From: Kiritimatiellia bacterium
Lineage (GTDB): Bacteria; Verrucomicrobiota; Kiritimatiellia; JAAZAB01
Assembly (NCBI GenBank): GCA_028715905.1
Contig: JAQUQV010000002.1
Span: forward strand, 15,979-79,978
DNA: 64,000 nucleotides
Direction: 5' to 3'
Below the pieces are notes generated by a model. It made no database searches, was not told the DNA's origin, and was given only the letters and a program-made list of their open reading frames with translations. How positions within the stretch are numbered: position 1 is the first letter of the stretch; each line of letters begins with the position of its first letter. Below are positions 9,411 to 16,396 of the stretch, in pieces. Made by a program: the position numbers and the translations under genes.

Positions 9411-9446
9411 GCCGGGAAAGTTTTGGATGGCGGCGCTGCCGCCTTA
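9411..9446 (+). repeat. 36-bp conserved motif copy 1 (GCCGGGAAAnTTTyGGATGGCGGC-N2-3-GCCGCCTT)
   Basis: Near-identical copies at 19418..19455 and 38195..38228; all contain a GGCGGC/GCCGCC hairpin. Confidence 0.5.
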
Positions 9447-9517
9447 GGGTATTATCGGCAGGCGGCTTTCCGCCGCGCGGAAGCATACGAAAAACTCAAA
9501 CAAAGGAACAACCAGAC

Positions 9518-10186
9518 ATGAAAACAGGAAAAATATCAGTCGCATTAATGGCCGCGGTATTGATGCTCTCTGTCTATTGTTTTGCGGCGCCGGAGGCTCC
9601 CAAAGAAGTTACACTGGCCGCCGAGCAGGGGCTGCGGCCGTTTTTGAGTGAAATCGCGGATACGCCAGAGCAATTCGGCTTTACCGCCGGCGATGATTTG
9701 AACGCGGCCTCTCTCGGCGCCCCGTTCCAGCTCCATACCATCCCCCCTTCCGCCCTGGAAAAATATCAGGCCGGCATGACGGTGGCCTCCATGGTTACTC
9801 CGACCACGACCTGGTGGTTTCCCGTCCTGATCGCGGGCGAGCCCCGCGCCATGCTGCTCGTTGACCGGCTTGACGGCCGCTGGGAGGCGGTTTCGCTCGG
9901 CCACGCGGGCGTGGCGCAGGAATTGAGCGCATTCTGCCGGCAATGGAAAGCCGCGCAGGGATACCATCCGATGCTGATCGCCGTTTTCCAGGCAAAGCAA
10001 TTCCTGGTTTCCGTCCCGGAAAAGGACGCTTACAATCTTACGACTCTGACCATAAAGAACGCCCCGGAAATGGGCGCCAAACAGACGCCGGCCGTTGCCG
10101 ATTATGCCACGCTGGGAACGATTGATGACGCAATGAACCAGTTGAAACCGGTTGTGCGGGATGCCCTTAAAGGGTCTGACCAATAA
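9518..10186 (+). CDS. Secreted hypothetical protein with a signal peptide; first gene of the cassette
   Basis: N-terminal signal peptide MKTGKISVALMAAVLMLSVYCFA; an AAGGAA RBS; no recognisable domain. Confidence 0.6.
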   Translation: MKTGKISVALMAAVLMLSVYCFAAPEAPKEVTLAAEQGLRPFLSEIADTPEQFGFTAGDDLNAASLGAPFQLHTIPPSALEKYQAGMTVASMVTPTTTWWFPVLIAGEPRAMLLVDRLDGRWEAVSLGHAGVAQELSAFCRQWKAAQGYHPMLIAVFQAKQFLVSVPEKDAYNLTTLTIKNAPEMGAKQTPAVADYATLGTIDDAMNQLKPVVRDALKGSDQ

Positions 10187-10215
10187 TGCAATTCACAATA
10201 AGGAGGAAACGCATC

Positions 10216-11199
10216 ATGAATATTCGCCATTGCACGCCAAAGTTCATAGCCGTTGCCGTGATCAGCATCTTGACGGCAACGGGCGCCTGCCCGGGGGCCA
10301 AGCTGAACGTTCCCCAGTATAAACAGGAAAAGGACCAGTGGTGCTGGGACGCCGGCTCCCAGATGGTGCTGGCGTTCAAAGGGTATTCATATTCCCAGAC
10401 GGCCATCGCAAATTGGGCGGTCGGCGGCCGAAACATACCCAATTATCTTTACGGTTCCACTGATTCCAGCATGCACGGCTGCGACGAAATTCTCAAGCAT
10501 TTCGGCAATATCAGCAGTTCCGGCTCCGCGTCCCGGATGTCGCTGAACAATCTGAACACCGAAATAAACAACTCGCGCCCCGTCCTGATCCGCTATGGAT
10601 GGAACAGCGGCGGCGGACACATCGCCGTATTACGCGGGACTTCCGGCAGTTCGGTTTATGTGAATGACCCCTGGTACGGTCAGAGCCTGGTAAGCTATAA
10701 CTATGTGTGCCAGGCATACAACCAGGGTTCCTGGACGCATACCCTGAAACTCACCGGCGGCAGCAGCAGTTATTACCAATACGCCATGTATTATTACGGG
10801 CTTTACGGGCAATACTGGTCTGCCTATCAATCCACGGGCAGTTACTACTACCTGTCCTATGCCTATTACTATTACGCCTATGCCATCGGATATTATTACC
10901 TGTATTGCGGCGATTCTTCTTCCGCCAACTATTATTACAATTATTACATGCAGTACGCGCAGTATTATTACAACTTATATTACTACGCGTATTATTACTC
11001 GTATTATCACAATTATTACTCGTATTATTACAATTACTACCTCCGGACCGGCAGTTACGTGGCTCTGGCTTATGCCTATTATTATTACGCCTACGTTGAA
11101 TATTGTTACTACATGTATTACGGCAACAGTTCGTACGCCAATTACCTGTATAATTACTACATGTACTGGGCAAATTACGTCTACAACCACTATTGCTGA
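10216..11199 (+). CDS. Putative lipoprotein: a C39-like (papain-fold) cysteine peptidase domain fused to an extremely Tyr-rich tandem-repeat C-terminal region
   Basis: An AGGAGG RBS lies 9 nt before the ATG at 10216. The signal peptide ends in a lipobox-like TGAC. The QWCWDAGSQMVL...GGHIAVLRG...VNDPWYG arrangement resembles Peptidase_C39_2. Residues from about 175 to the end are roughly 45 percent Tyr, with two homologous units of about 47 aa (YAYYYYAY...G-SS-ANY-YNYYM). Confidence 0.65.
   Translation: MNIRHCTPKFIAVAVISILTATGACPGAKLNVPQYKQEKDQWCWDAGSQMVLAFKGYSYSQTAIANWAVGGRNIPNYLYGSTDSSMHGCDEILKHFGNISSSGSASRMSLNNLNTEINNSRPVLIRYGWNSGGGHIAVLRGTSGSSVYVNDPWYGQSLVSYNYVCQAYNQGSWTHTLKLTGGSSSYYQYAMYYYGLYGQYWSAYQSTGSYYYLSYAYYYYAYAIGYYYLYCGDSSSANYYYNYYMQYAQYYYNLYYYAYYYSYYHNYYSYYYNYYLRTGSYVALAYAYYYYAYVEYCYYMYYGNSSYANYLYNYYMYWANYVYNHYC
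10741..11190 (+). repeat. Coding low-complexity Tyr-codon (TAT/TAC) rich tandem repeat inside the 10216..11199 CDS
   Basis: Reiterated tattac/tattat codons with synonymous variation. The other two frames give I/T-rich and L-rich spurious ORFs. Confidence 0.6.
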
Positions 11200-11606
11200 A
11201 TAGTGCCGGCGAGAATGTAGGAGGCCGTGCCCATGGTGCCGCCAATCAGGACCGGCTGGCCCGTTGTCTGAAATTCCGGCAGCAGGGCCGGATTGCCCGG
11301 CCCGAGGGCGCGCGTGGCGCCTTTGCGGTGCACATAAAGCGTCTGTTTCCGGCCGCCGATTACATGCTCCTCAACGTGGCGGATATTGTGCGAAACATCA
11401 TAAAGGAGCGGCAGGTCCATTTTTCCGAAAATCATTTGAAATCCATCCCGGACCAGCTGGGTCAGAATCTGGCGGTTGGCAAGGGCGCAATTAACCGTCG
11501 CGCGCATTGCGCCCAGATAATTTTTTCCCTCCGCCGACTGCGCCGGCGCGCAGGCCAGTTCGCGGTCGGGCAGGCAAATGCCGTGCCGTCCCGCAGCTTT
11601 CAGCAT
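11190..11606 (-). pseudogene. rtcB: Truncated internal fragment of RNA-splicing ligase RtcB
   Basis: The segment LYDVSHNIRHVEEH...YVHRKGATRA...TGQPVLIGGTMGTASYILAG matches the RtcB core. The N-terminal 200-250 aa and the C-terminal His-nucleophile region are missing. The 3' end abuts or overlaps the Tyr-rich gene. Confidence 0.6.
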
Positions 11607-11657
11607 TGATTTTGAAAATTCGGCCGCGATCTGATGCTCATTTCCGCAGCCCGGCGC

Positions 11658-13004
11658 TCAACACGGCGCGCCGTATAATGTTTGCGCTTCGGCCCGGTTG
11701 ATTTTGATCCGGACAAGTCCACCCGGCCGGCATCCGTCCGTTTTTTCAAACACGGCCAGGACGTTCCCATCCGTGCGGCCCGACCAGCGGTCCGGATTCC
11801 GCCGGCTCCGGCCCTCAATCAGCGCCAGGCATTCCCGGCCGAGCAGTTTCCGGTTCAGCTCCAGGCTGCGCCGGTTCTGTTCCTCAAGGATGACATGGTT
11901 CCGGCGCAACTTTTCGGCAGAAGGAACGTCATCGTCCAATTCCGCCGCCTTCGTCCCGGGCCGGGGGTTGTATTTAAAGATAAAAGCGTTATTGAACCCT
12001 ATTTCTTCCATGAAGGCGCGGGTCAAGTCAAAATCCTCCCTCGTCTCGGCGGGAAATCCGACGATGATATCGGTGGTTACGGCGATATCCGGAACCCGCC
12101 GGCGCAGGCGGGCGACGGCGCCGCGATATTCCGCGGCGGTGTAGCCGCGGTTCATCATTTTTAAAATCCGGTCGGAGCCGGATTGCAGGGGCAGATGAAC
12201 ATGCGGGCAGACCGCGGGCAGTTCCCCGAAACAACGCGCGAGTTCATCGGTGCATCCGGAAGGATGGCTTGACATGAAACGCAGACGTTTCAATCCGTTG
12301 ACGGCGGCAAGGGCTTCCAGCAGGCGGGGGAAAGGCTCTGTAAATCCCAGGGGCGATTCCGGTTCGTTTTTCCAGACCGGGTTGAGGCGGCCGTAGGCCA
12401 GAATGCTCTGGCCCAGCAGAATGATTTCGCGGGCGCCGTTCCGGACCACTTCGGCCGCTTCCCGGATGATTTCAGCCGCCGGCCGGCTCCACTCGCGGCC
12501 GCGCACCGCGGGCACGATGCAATACGAGCAATGCCGGTTACAGCCGTACAAGACGTTGATAAACGCCGACACCTTGTTTTCAAAGTGGGTGTTTGTTTCG
12601 CCAGCGGGCCGGCCTTCAGAAAAATCAGCGGCCGGCCGCCGGCCGGCCAGAACTTTTTCAATAACATCTCCGGCGGCGGCAAAGGCAGAGGGCGAGAGCG
12701 CGAAATCAAGCCCCGGAACCTGGCGGAAAATATCCGCCTGCATTCTCTGCACCATGCAGCCGGCCGCGCCAATGATAAGGTTTTTCCGCCCCTTTTTTCT
12801 GCCGGCGGCAAGCAGCCTCATTTTCCCGATTGCCTTTTCCTCCGCCTTGGCGCGGACGCTGCAGGTATTGAGGATAATAATATCCGCCTGTTTTTCGCAA
12901 TCGGCGATGGTGAATCCGCGCCGCTGGAGAAGCACGGCCGCCATTTCGCTGTCGCGCTCGTTCATCTGGCAGCCGTAGGTTTTAATGAATATTTTCAGGC
13001 GCAT
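11658..13004 (-). CDS. miaB: tRNA-i6A37 methylthiotransferase (radical SAM MTTase)
   Basis: N-terminal MTTase domain (KTYGCQMN), the CNRHCSYC radical SAM motif, a TRAM-like C-terminus; 448 aa. Confidence 0.85.
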   Translation of the reverse strand: MRLKIFIKTYGCQMNERDSEMAAVLLQRRGFTIADCEKQADIIILNTCSVRAKAEEKAIGKMRLLAAGRKKGRKNLIIGAAGCMVQRMQADIFRQVPGLDFALSPSAFAAAGDVIEKVLAGRRPAADFSEGRPAGETNTHFENKVSAFINVLYGCNRHCSYCIVPAVRGREWSRPAAEIIREAAEVVRNGAREIILLGQSILAYGRLNPVWKNEPESPLGFTEPFPRLLEALAAVNGLKRLRFMSSHPSGCTDELARCFGELPAVCPHVHLPLQSGSDRILKMMNRGYTAAEYRGAVARLRRRVPDIAVTTDIIVGFPAETREDFDLTRAFMEEIGFNNAFIFKYNPRPGTKAAELDDDVPSAEKLRRNHVILEEQNRRSLELNRKLLGRECLALIEGRSRRNPDRWSGRTDGNVLAVFEKTDGCRPGGLVRIKINRAEAQTLYGAPC

Positions 13005-13047
13005 GAGGTTTATCGGGCAAAAAAAAATAAATTTGGATTGTGCCGGT

Positions 13048-13605
13048 TCAGCGCCCGGAGCGCAAAGTTTTTCCGTCCGTCGCCGCCGCCGGGTCGGAAA
13101 CCGCGGGCGGGCGGATGTAAAAGACGGACGAAAACGACGGCAGGGCTTCGGCGTTCAACTCGTGCCTGGTGAAGGTTAAAACATTTGTGCCGTCTTCAAT
13201 CTGCAGCGGCGCCGACTTCAGCCGGCAGAGGTTGTTGGTTGCCAGCAATTCCGCCAGGTGCTGCTCGTTTTCCGCGCGGCGGGTGGCGGAAAAAATGCGT
13301 TCGGTTTCAAAACGGAAAATCCGGAGGGCGCGGGATTTCTGCTCAATTTTAAGGACGTTGATCTGGGAACCGAGCGCTGCCGAAACGGCAATAGCCACGA
13401 TTACCAGAGCGACCAGGATTTCAAGCAGAGTAAAGCCCGAAGGGCTGAAAACTGAAGGCTGAAGGCCGGAATTTTTACATTCAGGAACACTTTTCTGCCT
13501 TCTGCTTTCCGCCTTCCGTCTTTCCCTACAGGTCCGAGCTGGAGATATCGGCGGCGGTTCCGTCGCCGCCGGGCTCGCCGTCGCTGCCATAGGTAATGAT
13601 TTCAT
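13048..13605 (-). CDS. Prepilin-type pseudopilin (type II secretion minor pseudopilin-like); the start is uncertain
   Basis: Contains a GFTLLEILVALVIVAIAVSA prepilin N-methylation motif. There is no canonical start within 30 codons upstream of the G. The nearest in-frame ATGs would give a leader of more than 50 aa overlapping gspG. Confidence 0.45.
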   Translation of the reverse strand: MKSLPMAATASPAATEPPPISPARTCRERRKAESRRQKSVPECKNSGLQPSVFSPSGFTLLEILVALVIVAIAVSAALGSQINVLKIEQKSRALRIFRFETERIFSATRRAENEQHLAELLATNNLCRLKSAPLQIEDGTNVLTFTRHELNAEALPSFSSVFYIRPPAVSDPAAATDGKTLRSGR

Positions 13606-13951
13606 ATGGCTCCTGATTCCTTCCGGGGGAAAGATAAATGAAGTCATGTTTCCAGGGATCTTTTGGGAGGTTGACGCTTTCAAGGTAACCTTCGGCCGGG
13701 TATTTTTCGGGCGCGGGCGGCGCGGTGGGTTTGACGCAGAGCGCCTTCAGACCCTGCTCCTGGGTCGGATAACGGTTGTGTTCCATCCGATAAAGCTGGA
13801 GGGCGCTTTTGAAGGTTTTGATCTGCATGACGGCAGCCGTCACTTTGGCCTCGCCGGGGTGGCGCAGAACGCTCAAGCCCACGATCCCGGCCAGAATGGA
13901 AATGATCAGCACCACGACCAGGATTTCTATCAGGGTAAAACCATCACGCAT
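13526..13951 (-). CDS. gspG: Type II secretion major pseudopilin GspG-like
   Basis: MRDGFTLIEILVVVLIISILAGI prepilin motif with a short leader and GspG-like length (141 aa). Confidence 0.8.
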   Translation of the reverse strand: MRDGFTLIEILVVVLIISILAGIVGLSVLRHPGEAKVTAAVMQIKTFKSALQLYRMEHNRYPTQEQGLKALCVKPTAPPAPEKYPAEGYLESVNLPKDPWKHDFIYLSPGRNQEPYEIITYGSDGEPGGDGTAADISSSDL

Positions 13952-13959
13952 GGCAAGAG

Positions 13960-13986
13960 AGTATAATCAACCCCTTTTTTTTACAA
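13960..13986 (-). promoter_or_regulatory. Possible sigma70-like promoter for gspG (TTGTAA-N15-TATACT on the minus strand)
   Basis: Hexamers upstream of the gspG start; the spacing is suboptimal. Confidence 0.3.
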
Positions 13987-14050
13987 GGAAATTACGCAGA
14001 ACTGCCTTGCGTCCGAAAAAAAACGCGGACCTGAAGAAAGCCGGCATGGC

Positions 14051-16282
14051 CTAACCATCCGCGTCTTTTTCGGAGGAAAGCCCCTGTCCGGACTGCAGCC
14101 GTTTATAGAGCGCCTCAAGTTTTGCCTGGTAATAAAGGAGGTTTTCATCGCGTTTTGCCGGGCTCCACTCCGCGACCAGGCGGGCGGCCGCGTGCATGGC
14201 CACATTTTTTTTCGTGCCGGCAATATAATAGGAAACGTGGTCGCCGGCTTCGTAAGCGCGGCCCGAACGCAGGGCCAGCTCGTAGGCGGCGTTTCTGCCC
14301 CGGCCGCCTTTCGCGATTTTGGCCGCGTAAGTGGCGGGCGCATCCTTTAAGGTCTCGGTTTTGGCGAGTTCGGCGATTGCAAAACCGCCCTTGTTTATTT
14401 TTTCCCCGTATTGCGTTTTCAGCCCCGGAATTTCGGCGTCCCTGGATTCAAGTTTCAGACGCAGATAATCGCGCAGGAAAGAACGCAGATAGGGCTCAAG
14501 GCCGCGCGACTTCAAGGCGGCGCCCTTGATGATGATCTCGCCCTGGCCGGTCAAAAGGGCGTAATTTTTTATTTTATAACTGAACATGGCCGGATATTCG
14601 CCGTCAAATTCCAAATCAATGCCCGCGGGCAGGGCCGCGCTCAATTTTCCGCGGAATTTTTCCGCGTCATTTTCGGATTTAAACTCCGGCGGGACAAAAT
14701 AAATGCCGTCGGTATCGGCCTCCACCGGATCCGCGCCGTTTTTTTTGAGCCAGTTGATGATGTCCTTGATTATGGCCCGCCCCTCGGCGGCAACCCGCTC
14801 GGCGGCGTTGAAATCATTGAAACGCGCCTGGGCGAAACCCAGGTAGCCGTAAAACGAGTTGATCAGTATTTTGAACGCGCTTTGCAGGGAATCAAAACGA
14901 TGCTTCTCGGCCGGGGATTTGCTCTGCCGCATTTTCCGTTTGACTTCAAGGCGGTATTCGCGGAAATAGGCAAGCATCTGCGGAAAAAGCCCGAGTTCAT
15001 CGCGGTCCGGCGCTATTTTGCTGACGAGCATGATGGATGGATACAGGGAGCTGACGTCGCAATGGTGGACGTTGCGGATGACGCCTTCCCGGAATATATC
15101 GGTGTAACCGCCCTCAAATTTCCGCGCTTTTCCCGGATACGGCAGGGCCGCTGTCCGGCGCAGATAAGCGCGCAGGAGAAGGGCGTCAATCTTGGCGGCG
15201 TTGCCGCGCAGGCAGATGTTCTGATAACTGAAGGGCAACACCCCGGCCTGGACAAAATAAGTGCGCGAGAGCAGATTGCTCAAGGCGGCGATTTCGCGGA
15301 CATCATCGCGCGCATAGCGGGCAACGCGCTCCGGATTGCGGTCAAATTCCCCGGAAATCCGGTCGCCCTCAATATAAACCCGTCCGCCGGATGCCAGCCC
15401 GAAATGGCGCGCCGCCGCCTTCAGGCTGAGGCTTTCCAGCGAGCGGCGCGCCAGATCATAGGCCTGCAGGAGGAAATAAGTGTCAACGACGTGCCGGCCG
15501 TATATTTCGGGCTTGGCGAAAGAAACCATTCTTTCGCCGAGCGCAAACCGGCTGGGGTGCGACCGCATTGTTTCCCCGCCGCGCCCCAGCTTTAAATCAA
15601 CCTTATGCCGCTCGGCGCGGGCGGAAATGTAAGGCAGGTCAAACTTGAAAATATTGTGGCCTTCTATTACGTCCGGGTCGCGTTCGCGCACGCGCGCGAC
15701 AAAATTTTTCAACAGCTCTTTTTCGCCGCCCGGCCCCTCCGCGAGGATTTCCTCCCAGCCGGCGCTGTCGCGCATGGCGATGATGATGATCCGGTCTTCG
15801 GCGCGGAAAGGATTGCTGAATTCAAAACCCGGCGCGGTATGGGTTTCAATGTCTATCTGCATCCGGCGCACATCCTCAAAGTCCATGCCCTTGAAAAAGG
15901 TGCGGCCCGAAGAAACCAGGTGCTGGTGCACGGGATCGTTAAGCATGATAAAAGGCGCGTCGGGCGCGCCGGCGGTTTTGCCCGTTTTCTGGACCAGCCG
16001 CTTTTTCGCCCGCTCCCATTCCGGCCAGGATTGGAAAGAGACGGCAATTTTAAGCGGGCCGCCGCCCGCCAGCTTTTGAATCGTGAACTTGCCGTCCAGA
16101 CCCTCCAGCAGATTTTCGTTTTCAACGATCATGAAAGGCCGGAAAGGCGCGCCGCGCTTGCTGACTCCGGTTTTTCCCCGGGAAAAAACCACAACCCGAC
16201 AAGGATCAGACCCGCAGTCCGCCTCAACCGCCACGATTTTTTCCTCGGGATTGTGCCCGAAAACCAATTCGCTGTTAATCAT
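14051..16282 (-). CDS. polB: Family B DNA polymerase (Pol II-like) with 3'-5' exonuclease
   Basis: Exo motifs DIET, FDLPY and YARDD. Pol motifs A DVSSLYPS, B KILINSFYG and C DTDG. 743 aa. Confidence 0.8.
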   Translation of the reverse strand: MINSELVFGHNPEEKIVAVEADCGSDPCRVVVFSRGKTGVSKRGAPFRPFMIVENENLLEGLDGKFTIQKLAGGGPLKIAVSFQSWPEWERAKKRLVQKTGKTAGAPDAPFIMLNDPVHQHLVSSGRTFFKGMDFEDVRRMQIDIETHTAPGFEFSNPFRAEDRIIIIAMRDSAGWEEILAEGPGGEKELLKNFVARVRERDPDVIEGHNIFKFDLPYISARAERHKVDLKLGRGGETMRSHPSRFALGERMVSFAKPEIYGRHVVDTYFLLQAYDLARRSLESLSLKAAARHFGLASGGRVYIEGDRISGEFDRNPERVARYARDDVREIAALSNLLSRTYFVQAGVLPFSYQNICLRGNAAKIDALLLRAYLRRTAALPYPGKARKFEGGYTDIFREGVIRNVHHCDVSSLYPSIMLVSKIAPDRDELGLFPQMLAYFREYRLEVKRKMRQSKSPAEKHRFDSLQSAFKILINSFYGYLGFAQARFNDFNAAERVAAEGRAIIKDIINWLKKNGADPVEADTDGIYFVPPEFKSENDAEKFRGKLSAALPAGIDLEFDGEYPAMFSYKIKNYALLTGQGEIIIKGAALKSRGLEPYLRSFLRDYLRLKLESRDAEIPGLKTQYGEKINKGGFAIAELAKTETLKDAPATYAAKIAKGGRGRNAAYELALRSGRAYEAGDHVSYYIAGTKKNVAMHAAARLVAEWSPAKRDENLLYYQAKLEALYKRLQSGQGLSSEKDADG

Positions 16283-16396
16283 TTTTTTTCCGGTGGTTCC
16301 TGATTTCCGCCCTGACCGCTGGGCTCACGGTCTTTTTTTGGGGCTCACGCTATAAACACATATTCAGGCCCGGCCAGACCCGGCGGACGGCTCCCG

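Noticed and set aside
10707-11203. Alternative-frame ORFs inside the Tyr-rich region (L-rich 10707..11099, I/T-rich 10859..11203, minus-strand 10751..11245 and 10975..11190)
   Set aside because: They are frame artefacts of the TAT/TAC codon repeat. Only the frame contiguous with the upstream peptidase domain is continuous with a start and an RBS.
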